A stretch of DNA of 64,000 bases from a bacterium (GTDB lineage: Bacteria; Vulcanimicrobiota; Vulcanimicrobiia; Vulcanimicrobiales; SCRA01), in NCBI GenBank assembly GCA_004298675.1, contig SCRI01000086.1:130456-194455 (forward strand), read 5' to 3'. The notes under the pieces were generated by a model. That model did no database searches. It was not told where the DNA came from and saw only the letters and a program-made list of their open reading frames with translations. How positions within the stretch are numbered: position 1 is the first letter of the stretch; the number at the start of each line of letters is the position of its first letter. Made by a program: the position numbers and the translations under genes. Below are positions 10,746 through 19,431 of this stretch, one piece after another.

Positions 10746-11393
10746 ATGGGGTTGACCCATCCGTCTCAGGACGGTCTGAGCTACCACGAACGGCCGGACG
10801 AGGATCTAGTCAGCGCTGCCAAGACCGGTGATAACCTGGCCATGGAGTGCCTGCTCACCAAGTATAAGAACTTCGTCCGCATCAAGGCCAAGAGCTACTT
10901 TTTGATCGGCGCGGATCGCGAGGATATCATCCAAGAAGGAATGATCGGCCTCTATAAGGCGGTACGCGATTTCAAAGCCGACAAGCTGTCTAGCTTCCGG
11001 GCCTTTGCCGAGCTCTGCATCACCCGTCAGATCATCACCGCGATCAAGACCGCGACCCGGCAGAAGCACATTCCACTCAACCAGTACATTTCGCTCAACA
11101 AACCGATCTATGACGAGGACAGCGAACGCACGCTACTCGACGTCATGGCGTCGGCGAAGATGTCCGATCCCGAGGAACTGGTGATCAACCAGGAGATCTC
11201 GGAAGACATCAAGGAGCGCATTCAGGAGAACCTCTCCGAACTGGAGTCGCAGGTGTTGCTGTCGTACCTGGAAGGGAAGTCCTACCAGGAGATGGCTCGC
11301 GATCTCAAGCGCCACGTGAAGTCGATCGACAACGCGCTGCAGCGTGTGAAGCGGAAGATCGAGAAGAACCTCGCGGAGATCGAGTTGCCGTAA
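10746..11393 (+). CDS. sigH: RNA polymerase sigma-H-like factor (Bacillota SigH type)
   Basis: The ATG at 10746 follows a GGGGGAGAG ribosome-binding site. AMECLLTKYKNFVRIKAKSYFLIGADREDIIQEGMIGLYKAVRDF and ELCITRQIITAIKTATRQKH closely resemble SigH/Spo0H sequence as I remember it. The synteny after cysS-rlmB also fits. Confidence 0.8.
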   Translation: MGLTHPSQDGLSYHERPDEDLVSAAKTGDNLAMECLLTKYKNFVRIKAKSYFLIGADREDIIQEGMIGLYKAVRDFKADKLSSFRAFAELCITRQIITAIKTATRQKHIPLNQYISLNKPIYDEDSERTLLDVMASAKMSDPEELVINQEISEDIKERIQENLSELESQVLLSYLEGKSYQEMARDLKRHVKSIDNALQRVKRKIEKNLAEIELP

Positions 11394-11426
11394 CGCGCGC
11401 TCGAAGGCCGGAAAAGAACGCGGGAA

Positions 11427-11451
11427 GGGGGCGGCCGGTGACCGCCCCTTT
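11427..11451 (+). terminator. intrinsic terminator candidate after sigH
   Basis: Stem GGGGGCGG / CCGCCCC with loop CCGGTGA, followed by TTTC. Confidence 0.45.
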
Positions 11452-11506
11452 CGCGTGGGAGCCGCGGCTCTCGCACCAGGCCGCAAATGCTTTAAGGAAT
11501 TGTGAG

Positions 11507-11980
11507 ATGAAAGCACGTATGAACTACCGCACCGCCAGCCCGGCGGTGCTCAACGGCATGATGGAGCTGGAGCAGGCCGTGCGCAAGCACGGCGGGCTCG
11601 AGTCCTCGCTGTTGGAACTGGTGAAGATGCGCGCCAGCCAAATCAACGGCTGCGCTTACTGCCTGGACATGCACAGCAAAGATGCGCGCGCGGCCGGCGA
11701 GACCGAGCAGAGGCTGTACGGCCTTTCGGCTTGGCGCGAGGCCCCCTACTATACCGATCGCGAGCGCGCGGCGCTGGCGTGGGCCGAGGCACTCACGCTG
11801 GTTTCGGAGAGCCATGCTCCCGATGACGTCTATGCGGAGATGCGCGCGCACTTCTCGGAGCCGGAGGCCGTCGCGTTGACGATGGCGATCATCGCCATCA
11901 ATGGTTGGAATCGTCTGGCGATTGGTTTCCGCGCGGAGGCGGGCACGTATCAGCCGCCGGCCGTGGGCGCCGCGCACTAA
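11507..11980 (+). CDS. carboxymuconolactone decarboxylase (AhpD-like) family protein
   Basis: The ATG at 11507 (MKARMNYR). Contains LVKMRASQINGCAYCLDMH, the AhpD-like CxxC motif region. Confidence 0.8.
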   Translation: MKARMNYRTASPAVLNGMMELEQAVRKHGGLESSLLELVKMRASQINGCAYCLDMHSKDARAAGETEQRLYGLSAWREAPYYTDRERAALAWAEALTLVSESHAPDDVYAEMRAHFSEPEAVALTMAIIAINGWNRLAIGFRAEAGTYQPPAVGAAH

Positions 11981-12057
11981 CGGCCGGCCCCTCGGGAGGT
12001 GCGGTGTGCGGCGCGTGGAACACCCGCCGGCCATCCCCTCCGAGGGTGCCGACGTAG

Positions 12058-12133
12058 CTCAGATGGTAGAGCAGCCGCTTTGTAAGCGGCTTGTCGCGAG
12101 TTCGACTCTCGCCGTCGGCTCCAGATGGTACGT
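12058..12133 (+). tRNA. tRNA-Thr (anticodon TGT)
   Basis: 76 nt, folded by hand as a cloverleaf. Acceptor GCCGACG/CGTCGGC, anticodon arm GCCGC-TTTGTAA-GCGGC, T-arm GCGAG-TTCGACT-CTCGC, encoded CCA. Confidence 0.9.
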
Positions 12134-12252
12134 ACGCCCGCCCACGTTCGTGAGGCGGGCGTCGTGCGTTTGGCTGGTTTGCCGCCGGGAACAAGTATGA
12201 TGCGTCCGCTGCCGCCGCAGCGGTATCTTTCGCGGTTGAGAGGAGTGTATCT

Positions 12253-12486
12253 ATGGACGCGAAGCAGACCTATCTCAGCGCCATGATCGCGCTGGCGACC
12301 GCCGCATTCGGCCTGATCGCGGCATTGGCTTGGAACGCGGCCATCACCGAGCTCTTCAAGCTCGTACTCAAGCCGGGCGCCGGCATCGTCTCGCTGTTCA
12401 TCTACGCCATCGTCGTCTCGCTGATCGCGGTCTGGGTGATCAACTCACTGGGCCGGCTCGCGGAGCGGGCTGCGAAGAGCGGTTAG
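12253..12486 (+). CDS. small two-helix membrane protein (DUF5654-like)
   Basis: 77 aa with two hydrophobic helices. AWNAAITELFK resembles the DUF5654 family as I recall it. Confidence 0.55.
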   Translation: MDAKQTYLSAMIALATAAFGLIAALAWNAAITELFKLVLKPGAGIVSLFIYAIVVSLIAVWVINSLGRLAERAAKSG

Positions 12487-12516
12487 CATCGCGGCATGGA
12501 CGCAATCTGCCGCCGC

Positions 12517-12545
12517 TTGCACCGCTCCATGGGCTATGGTAGAAT
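12517..12545 (+). promoter_or_regulatory. sigma-70-type promoter candidate for tRNA-Tyr
   Basis: TTGCAC, a 17-nt spacer, then TAGAAT, ending 17 nt before the tRNA 5' end. Confidence 0.4.
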
Positions 12546-12562
12546 CCACAATCGTGGACCGC

Positions 12563-12650
12563 GGGTAGGTGGCCGAGTGGTTAATGGCACCAGACTGTAA
12601 ATCTGGCGCGCGAGAGCGCTACGCTGGTTCGAATCCAGCCCTGCCCACCA
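12563..12650 (+). tRNA. tRNA-Tyr (anticodon GTA), long variable arm
   Basis: 88 nt. Acceptor GGGTAGG/CCTGCCC, anticodon loop CTGTAAA, long variable arm, T-arm GCTGG-TTCGAAT-CCAGC, encoded CCA. Confidence 0.9.
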
Positions 12651-12666
12651 TGTTCCAGGAGAGCGC

Positions 12667-13563
12667 GTGAGCAATCTCTTGACGGGTGCCCGCGGCGAGG
12701 TCTACGGCCCGCGTGAGACGCACCTGACCGATACGTTCACGGTCTTACGCGCATTGCCGCAACGCCGGCGGCGCCTGGTGGGCGCATGGTGCTTCCTCGA
12801 TCTCTATCGCGCGGACGACGAGGGACCCGCGGGCGCGCTCGATCTCTTGCCGCATCCGCACATCGGGCTTCAGACGGTGACGTGGCTCTTCAGCGGCGAG
12901 GTGCGCCACCGCGACAGCCTGGGCAACGACGTGCGCATTCGTCCGGGCGAGCTGAACATCATGACGGCGGGCTCCGGGATCGCGCACGCGGAGACGAGCA
13001 TACCGCACGGTGTGTTGCACGGGCTGCAGTTCTGGATTGCGCTGCCCGACCGGCAGCGCGGCAAGGCCCCCGCGTTCGAGCATCATGCGCAGCTACCCGT
13101 GGTGGATCTGGGCGGCGCGACGGCCCGTGTGATCGTGGGCGACATGCGCGGCGCTGCCTCACCGGCCACGGTGTACTCAGCCCTTGTCGGCGCGGAGATC
13201 GCGGCGTCAACCGGCGGTGCGATCTCGGTACCGCTCGAGCCGGCATTCGAGTATGCCGTGCTCTCCGTCGACGGTGCGGTAACCGTGGATGGGTTGGGCT
13301 CGGACGGCGTCGGGTTGATCTACGTGGGCGCCGGCCGGGAGGTCATGAAACTTCAGATGCAGGCGGATGCTCGCGCCTTTCTCATCGGCGGCGTTCCGCT
13401 GAACGAGCCCGTGCTGCTGTGGTGGAATTTCGTCGCTCGAAGCACCGCGGAGATGCTGGCCGCCCGCGAGGAGTGGCAGGGCGGGGGCCGGTTCGGCCGC
13501 GTCTCCGGCTTCGGCGATCGCCGGATCGATGCGCCGCCGCTGACCATGACGTTGCGCCCCTGA
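12667..13563 (+). CDS. pirin family protein
   Basis: 298 aa cupin. HPHIGLQTVTWLFSGEVRHRDSLGN and GIAHAE are pirin motifs. Confidence 0.85.
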   Translation: MSNLLTGARGEVYGPRETHLTDTFTVLRALPQRRRRLVGAWCFLDLYRADDEGPAGALDLLPHPHIGLQTVTWLFSGEVRHRDSLGNDVRIRPGELNIMTAGSGIAHAETSIPHGVLHGLQFWIALPDRQRGKAPAFEHHAQLPVVDLGGATARVIVGDMRGAASPATVYSALVGAEIAASTGGAISVPLEPAFEYAVLSVDGAVTVDGLGSDGVGLIYVGAGREVMKLQMQADARAFLIGGVPLNEPVLLWWNFVARSTAEMLAAREEWQGGGRFGRVSGFGDRRIDAPPLTMTLRP

Positions 13564-13627
13564 GACGGCGATCACAATCGTTTGTCTCGGTCTGGAACGT
13601 TTAGCGGTAGATACGGGTAAAGGAGGG

Positions 13628-14044
13628 ATGATGAAGTTACGACGCGTTGCGCTGCCGTTAATGGTGATCGTGCTCGTGGCCGGATGTGCGCGTGGTGGCG
13701 CTCCTAGGGCGCTCGCCGACACCGTGACGAAGGCCGTCTACAACAACGACGTCAGCCAGGTATCGGAGCGCTTCAACGCGCTTATCCGGCCGCAGCTGAA
13801 CCGGGCGTCGGTGGGCGCGCTCTCCGACAAGATGCACGCGCAGGGCGATTACCAGGGACTGGAACCGGTGCAGAGCGACGGCAGCAGCGGCGTCTACGGC
13901 TACGCGGCCAAGTTTTCGCACGGCTCGATGCTGGTCTGCATGAAGTTGGACCAAGATGGTAAGATCGCGGCCTACCGGGTAGAGCCCTTGGGGGCCGGGC
14001 AACCTTCGCCGTCCACCGAGAACCCGTGCGCCATGCTCAAGTAG
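13628..14044 (+). CDS. hypothetical lipoprotein
   Basis: 138 aa with a signal peptide and lipobox (LVAGC). I recognise no family. Confidence 0.55.
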   Translation: MMKLRRVALPLMVIVLVAGCARGGAPRALADTVTKAVYNNDVSQVSERFNALIRPQLNRASVGALSDKMHAQGDYQGLEPVQSDGSSGVYGYAAKFSHGSMLVCMKLDQDGKIAAYRVEPLGAGQPSPSTENPCAMLK

Positions 14045-14106
14045 ACTCAAACGGCGCTGCGCCGGAAGGGAGCCGCCGGTTCGGGCGCCAAATTGCCGCC
14101 CGGCGT

Positions 14107-14182
14107 GCGGGAGTAGCTCAGTTGGTAGAGCACTAGCCTTCCAAGCTCGGGGTCGCGGGTTCGAGTCCCGTCTCCCGCTCCA
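14107..14182 (+). tRNA. tRNA-Gly (anticodon TCC)
   Basis: 76 nt. Acceptor GCGGGAG/CTCCCGC, anticodon loop CTTCCAA, T-arm GCGGG-TTCGAGT-CCCGT, encoded CCA. There is one U-C mismatch in the anticodon stem. Confidence 0.85.
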
Positions 14183-14228
14183 TCGTCAAAGCCCCGTCCC
14201 ATAAGGGATCGGGGCTTTTTGACGATGG
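14180..14228. terminator. long hairpin / bidirectional intrinsic terminator candidate
   Basis: CCATCGTCAAAGCCCCG ... CGGGGCTTTTTGACGATGG forms an extended inverted repeat, with an A-tract on the 5' arm and a T-tract on the 3' arm. It starts within the tRNA-Gly CCA end. Confidence 0.55.
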
Positions 14229-14439
14229 CGACGATCGTGACCGGGTTGGCAAGCGCGGCGGACTCGCCCTTTCCGGGACAGTTCATGGAAATGCCCCGGT
14301 GAGCAGGCTTCTAGCCCAGTGTCTCGGCTTTACAGAGACTTTACGCAAGAGGTGTATATCACACTCTTGACGGCCCTTTCTGCATCGTGTACCATGCGGA
14401 CCAAGCAGCCGCCAGATAGCGGCAGACGAGCAGTAAATC

Positions 14440-15390
14440 TTGCGCTGGAAGGCGGGTGTTCCCATCGCAACGCTGGCACCGTCCCACCCCGATTCCGCTC
14501 GCGGATCCACCGTCGACGCGCTCGACGCCTTGATCGATCGCGCCATTGCCTGCGGAGCTAGCGACATCCATCTGGAGCCGCAAGCCGAGGGCGGACGGAT
14601 CCGCTTCCGGATCGACGGCACGCTGCGCCCCCATCTGACGCTCCCAAGCGGCCTGTTCGGCGCGTTGTGCGCCCGCGTCAAGCTGATCGGCGAGTTGGAT
14701 CTGGGCGAGCGGCGTCTGCCGCAAGACGGCCGCACCGCATTCCTACGCGGCGAACGCACCTACGAGACGCGCATCGCGACGCTGCCGGGTGTGCTGGGCG
14801 AGAAACTCGTCGTGCGCCTATTCGATCGTGACGGCGGTCTCCGTAGTCTGGAAGAACTGGGAATGTTGCCCGCACAGCGTGCCCGTTACGAGGCGATACT
14901 GCGCGCCCCGCATGGGCTCGTGCTCATCGCCGGTCCCACGGGCTGTGGCAAGACGACGACGCTCTACTCCTCGATCGAATTGCTGGATCCACAGCGGCGT
15001 AACGTGACCACGGTAGAGGATCCCGTCGAGCGTTACATTCCCGAGATCACGCAGGTGCAGGTTCACGCGCGCGCGGGCATGACGTTTCCCGTCGCGCTGC
15101 GGGCGCTCTTGCGTCAAGATCCCGACGTCATGATCGTCGGTGAGATCCGCGACGGCGAGAGCGCGCGGCTCGCTGTCTCGGCAGCGCTGACCGGGCACCT
15201 CGTTCTGGCCACGGTGCACGTCAACGACGCCGAGCGGGCGCCGGCGCGGCTCTTCGATCTGGGCGTGGAGGCGCAGGCGCTCGAGGCCGCGCTGCGCTGT
15301 GTCGTCGCACAGCGGCTCGTGCCGTGCGGCGGTGCTGGAAGGACCGCGCAATACGAGTTGCGCGAGTATGGAGCCGGCCCGCAATGCTGA
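14440..15390 (+). CDS. pilB: type II/IV secretion ATPase (GspE/PilB family), short form
   Basis: 316 aa starting at a TTG, with an in-frame TAA 6 nt upstream. Motifs: GASDIHLEP, RFRIDG, Walker A GPTGCGKTTT, and the RQDPDVMIVGEIRD Asp box. The N-terminal domains of long PilB proteins are absent. Confidence 0.8.
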   Translation: MRWKAGVPIATLAPSHPDSARGSTVDALDALIDRAIACGASDIHLEPQAEGGRIRFRIDGTLRPHLTLPSGLFGALCARVKLIGELDLGERRLPQDGRTAFLRGERTYETRIATLPGVLGEKLVVRLFDRDGGLRSLEELGMLPAQRARYEAILRAPHGLVLIAGPTGCGKTTTLYSSIELLDPQRRNVTTVEDPVERYIPEITQVQVHARAGMTFPVALRALLRQDPDVMIVGEIRDGESARLAVSAALTGHLVLATVHVNDAERAPARLFDLGVEAQALEAALRCVVAQRLVPCGGAGRTAQYELREYGAGPQC

Positions 15391-16457
15391 ACGCCTCCGC
15401 CGATCTCGCCACACTGCGCTTGCACGAATTGTTCCGCATCGCTTTTCGCTCGCGTGCGTCCGATCTCCATCTTGCTGCCGGCTATCCGCCGATGATGCGA
15501 GTCGGCGGCGCCATCGCGCCACTGGCGATGGCTCACCTATCCGAAGCCGACGTCCAGGCGCTCGCGCTATCGCTCCAAGAGAACAGGACGCACAGCGCGC
15601 GTTGCGATACCCCGCAGCATGACGACTTTGCGGTGGAGTGGCCCGAGTACGGAGTGGTGCGCGTGCATCTGTTTCGCGCGGGCGGACAGCGCATCGCGCT
15701 ACGCGCGCTCGGCGGTGCGGTGCCGTCGTTTGACGAACTCGGGTTGCCGCGCCGCATTCTGGAGCTGGCGTCGCTGCGCAGCGGTCTGATCGTGATTGCC
15801 GGAGCCACCGGCAGCGGTAAGACCACGACCGCGGCCGCGCTGTTGGATGCCGCCAACGAAATGGCGGCCCGGCACATCGTGACGATTGAAGAGCCCATCG
15901 AATATCGGCTGCGCGCGCGAAAAGGGCTCGTCACGCAGCGCGAGATCGGTCTAGACGTTGCCGACGCGGCGCACGGGATTCATGCGGCTTTGCGCGAGGA
16001 TCCGGACATCATCTTTCTCGGCGAACTGCGCGATGGTGACGCCGTTGAGACCGCGCTCACCGCCGCCGAAACCGGGCATCTCGTCGTGACCACGTTGCAC
16101 GCGCGCGCTGCCGATGGTGCGGTCGAGCGCATCGTCGATCTCGCGCCGGGCGAACGGCGTGAACACGTGCGCCGCCAACTCGCTCAGGTGCTGGCGGGCG
16201 TCGTTTACCAGCGTCTGGTGCGACGGGCGGACGGCGCCGGACGCACGCCCGCCGTCGAAACCCTGATTGCGACGCCGGCCGTGCGCAGCCTCGTGCGCGA
16301 AGAGAAGATCCATCAACTACGCAATGCGATAGCTACCGGGCGCGCCGTGGGAATGCAGACGCTAGCCGCACACTTGGAAGATTTGGCGCTACGCGGCACG
16401 ATCGATCGGGAGACTCTGCGCGAGACGTTACGCGAGCAGACGGCAGGCGATGCCTGA
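15384..16457 (+). CDS. pilT: twitching-motility ATPase PilT family
   Basis: The ATG at 15384 overlaps the pilB-like stop. Motifs: ASDLHL, Walker A GATGSGKTTT, REDPDIIFLGELRD, TGHLVVTTLH. Confidence 0.85.
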   Translation: MLNASADLATLRLHELFRIAFRSRASDLHLAAGYPPMMRVGGAIAPLAMAHLSEADVQALALSLQENRTHSARCDTPQHDDFAVEWPEYGVVRVHLFRAGGQRIALRALGGAVPSFDELGLPRRILELASLRSGLIVIAGATGSGKTTTAAALLDAANEMAARHIVTIEEPIEYRLRARKGLVTQREIGLDVADAAHGIHAALREDPDIIFLGELRDGDAVETALTAAETGHLVVTTLHARAADGAVERIVDLAPGERREHVRRQLAQVLAGVVYQRLVRRADGAGRTPAVETLIATPAVRSLVREEKIHQLRNAIATGRAVGMQTLAAHLEDLALRGTIDRETLRETLREQTAGDA

Positions 16458-17673
16458 GGCCGCGCCGTTCGAGTTCATCGCGCGCCGGGCGGACGGCACA
16501 CGCGCGCGCGGCCGCCTGCGCGCCGCTTCCCGGGAGGCAGCGCTAGCCTGCGTGCGGGAGCGCGCCCTGGTGCCGGTCGCTGTGCGTGCCTTGAGGCGGC
16601 GCCGCGTCATCGCGCCTCTGAGGCTGCTCGCGCCGGCTGTCGCGCAGCGCGAGCTCGTTGGTACGCTGCGGTCGTTCGCGGTACTGATGCGCGCCGGCGT
16701 ACCGGTGCTGCGCACGCTTGACGTGCTTGGCGAGGAGCAGGGTGGAGAGGCGCTCAAGGCGGCGTTTGCGCGCATGCAAGCGAGCCTCGTGCGCGGCGAG
16801 CCCCTCTCGCGCGCCGCGGAGCGCGCGGGGCTGTTCTCCCCGGTGCAGCTCGCGATGATGCGCGCGGGCGAGGCCGGCGGCATGCTCGACGAGACGCTCG
16901 AGCGCGTGGCGCGGATGGCCGAGCGCGAGCACGGGATTCGCAAACGCATCGCTTCAGCGCTGGCCTACCCGGCGATTCTGGCTGCGGCGGCGCTGCTTTC
17001 GATCATCTTGTTGATCGGTACCCTGACCCCGGCGTTGGCGCGCCTCTTCGCCGAGCTGTCCGCTCCGCTGCCGCCGTCGACCATCGCGCTGCTAGCAGTG
17101 GGGCGGCTGCTGCGTTCGCCGTTGTTCTTGGGCGCGGCCGGAGCGGCGGCGCTCTGCGCGGGAATAGGGCTGCGTGCACTGTCCCGCTCGGCTCACGCAG
17201 CCGCCAGCGCGGAGCGGTTGGCGTTGCGCCTCCCGCTGATCGGCTCGCTGCGCCGCGCCATCGTGGTCTCCCGTGTCGCTCGTACCCTAGGCGCGCTGCT
17301 GCGCGGCGGTCTCCCCGCGCTCGAAGCGATCGAGCTCTCCGCGCAATGCTCCGGTAGTCCGGTGGCCGCGCAGGCGCTGCGCGAGTTGCGCCGCTCGCTG
17401 CGTGAGGGCGAAGGGCTGGCGCAGCGCCTGGTCGCCGGCACGCTCTTCCCCGCACTCTTCGTAAACATGGTCCGCGCCGGCGAGGAGAGCGGCTCGCTCG
17501 ACACACTCTTGGAGTCGTTGGCGGAATTTTACGACGTCGAAGCGGAGGCCGCGCTGCACGTCTTGACGACGTTGATCGAGCCGACTCTGATCGCCTTGCT
17601 GGGCGGCGTGATCGCCGCCATCGCCTTAGCCGTCTTCGTTCCGCTATATGCTTTGATCGGGAGCCTACGATGA
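16450..17673 (+). CDS. pilC: type II secretion system F family / PilC platform protein
   Basis: 407 aa with two GspF-type repeats and three transmembrane segments. The C-terminal LIEPTLIALLGGVIAAIALAVFVPLY is typical. Confidence 0.8.
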   Translation: MPEAAPFEFIARRADGTRARGRLRAASREAALACVRERALVPVAVRALRRRRVIAPLRLLAPAVAQRELVGTLRSFAVLMRAGVPVLRTLDVLGEEQGGEALKAAFARMQASLVRGEPLSRAAERAGLFSPVQLAMMRAGEAGGMLDETLERVARMAEREHGIRKRIASALAYPAILAAAALLSIILLIGTLTPALARLFAELSAPLPPSTIALLAVGRLLRSPLFLGAAGAAALCAGIGLRALSRSAHAAASAERLALRLPLIGSLRRAIVVSRVARTLGALLRGGLPALEAIELSAQCSGSPVAAQALRELRRSLREGEGLAQRLVAGTLFPALFVNMVRAGEESGSLDTLLESLAEFYDVEAEAALHVLTTLIEPTLIALLGGVIAAIALAVFVPLYALIGSLR

Positions 17674-18380
17674 CCGCGAACCCAACCGAGCGCGCCACGG
17701 TCGAAGGTGAGGCGGTGCTCGCGCGCTGGCTACTCACTCGCGCGGTCGCCGATCGCAATGCGTTGGTCGAGCATTTCTGGTATCTCTGCCGGCGCGCCGC
17801 TCTGCGGCTGCGGCGCGACGCGTTGGATCGCGAAGATGCCGAACAAGTGGCGGCGCTCGGGTTGATCAAGGCCGCCGAGTATTTCCGCCCTGGCGAAGGC
17901 GTTCCGTTCGAAGCGTACGCGTGGACGATGGTGCTCGGCGAGCTGCTCCACTACATCCGGGACTCGACGCCGCTCGTGCGCGTGCCGCGGCGCTTGCGCG
18001 CGGCCGAGCGGCGCGCGGGCGTCATGCGCGACGAGTTGCGCCAGCGCATGCTGCGCGAGCCCACCAACTCCGAAGTGGCCGCCGAGCTCGGCGTCGACGT
18101 CGCGGAGATCGACGAGGCCGAGCGCGCCCGGCGCGCGCAGCGTTTCGAGGACCTCGCCCACGTGCGCGAGGGTAGTACCGTGGGGCTCTCCACGCCGGAC
18201 CGCGTTGCACTCGACGTGGCCTTGGACCGGCTCGACGAACGCGAGCGGCTGCTGGTACTAGCGACCTTCGGCGCGGGGCGCACGCAGACCGAGCTCGGCG
18301 CGCATCTGGGATGCTCGCAGCGGCACGTTTCGCGGCTGTTAAGCCGTGCCTTGAAGAAGATGGCCGACCACCTTCGTTAG
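17670..18380 (+). CDS. sigma-70 family sigma factor (group 3, SigB/SigF/FliA-like)
   Basis: 236 aa. Region 2 (DAEQVAALGLIKAAEYFRPGEGVPFEAYAWTMVLGEL), region 3, and a region 4 helix-turn-helix (TQTELGAHLGCSQRHVSRLLSRAL). The start forms an ATGA overlap with the pilC stop. Confidence 0.8.
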   Translation: MTANPTERATVEGEAVLARWLLTRAVADRNALVEHFWYLCRRAALRLRRDALDREDAEQVAALGLIKAAEYFRPGEGVPFEAYAWTMVLGELLHYIRDSTPLVRVPRRLRAAERRAGVMRDELRQRMLREPTNSEVAAELGVDVAEIDEAERARRAQRFEDLAHVREGSTVGLSTPDRVALDVALDRLDERERLLVLATFGAGRTQTELGAHLGCSQRHVSRLLSRALKKMADHLR

Positions 18381-18440
18381 CGCGCGTCTGCAGAGCGGCT
18401 GTACGGGGCATTGCGCTGCCACCAGAAAGGCGGTTCAGCA

Positions 18441-18941
18441 ATGCGGCGTTCGCCAGGATTCACGTTGATGGAGCTGATGGTGGTGGTAGCCGTCATCTCC
18501 GTGCTCGCCACGGTCATCATTCCCAACTTCATTCATGCTCGCGCGCAAGGCGTGACGGCGGCCTGCGAGAGTAACCTGCGTCAGATCGCGACCGCGATGG
18601 AGCTATACTACGCCGACAACGGAGCCTATCCGAACAGCGGCGCCGTTACGCCGGCGCTCTTCGCAGGCGGCGTCGCGCCCGCGGAGAGCTACCTGGGGCA
18701 GACCCCGATCGACCCCGCTGACAATCACCCGTACGCCGTGCGCGTGCTGGCCGCCAGCGGCAATACGCCGGCGCGCTATATCATCGAAGACACCGGCGGG
18801 CACGACCCGAGCACCACGCGCGCCCTGACCGATCGCGACAACCCCAGCACCGCCGGCCAGGTTCAGATCAATGCCGACTACCTGGTCTACTCGTCGGCTA
18901 ACGGCCTGCAATCGGCCGAGAATCCCAACGAAAGCCCGTGA
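18441..18941 (+). CDS. type IV pilin / pseudopilin with prepilin-type N-terminal cleavage-methylation domain
   Basis: MRRSPGFTLMELMVVVAVISVLA is a class III signal peptide (G/FTLxE). I chose the start at 18441, the second in-frame ATG. Confidence 0.8.
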   Translation: MRRSPGFTLMELMVVVAVISVLATVIIPNFIHARAQGVTAACESNLRQIATAMELYYADNGAYPNSGAVTPALFAGGVAPAESYLGQTPIDPADNHPYAVRVLAASGNTPARYIIEDTGGHDPSTTRALTDRDNPSTAGQVQINADYLVYSSANGLQSAENPNESP

Positions 18942-19378
18942 GCTGGCTCACTCTCGCCGTGCTCGCCGCTGCGCTAGCGGTGCATGTCACGACGGACCTG
19001 CGCGAAGGGTACGTCTACGACGTCGCCGTCTACCCGCCATTGCTCGTGCTGGCGGCGCTGGCGTGGGGCGCGGGGCGCCTAGCCGACGGCTGTACCGGCG
19101 CGCTGGCGTGCGCGGCCGTGCCGGCAGCGCTGACCGCTGTGACGCGCGGACGCGGCATGGGCATCGGTGATGCGAAGGTGGCCGGCCTGATGGGCATGGC
19201 GTTGGGGCCGTCGGCCGGCGTGCTGGCGCTCGGCTGCTCATTTATGTGGGGCGCCGGCGTGGCGCTTGCGCTCGTGGCCGTACGCCGTCTGCGCTGGGGC
19301 GCGCGGATGGCCTTCGTGCCGTTCTTAGGGCTGGGATTCCTCACGGTCGTCTTTATGCAGCACGCTGGGGTACGCTAG
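18938..19378 (+). CDS. pilD: prepilin peptidase (A24 family), peptidase core only
   Basis: 146 aa polytopic membrane protein with candidate catalytic Asp motifs (TTDLREG and GMGIGDAKV). The start forms a GTGA overlap with the pilin stop. Confidence 0.7.
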   Translation: MSWLTLAVLAAALAVHVTTDLREGYVYDVAVYPPLLVLAALAWGAGRLADGCTGALACAAVPAALTAVTRGRGMGIGDAKVAGLMGMALGPSAGVLALGCSFMWGAGVALALVAVRRLRWGARMAFVPFLGLGFLTVVFMQHAGVR

Positions 19379-19431
19379 GGCGGCTTGCCTGTCCCAAGGA
19401 GTGAACGGGCTCCGGGAGAACATGCCCACCT

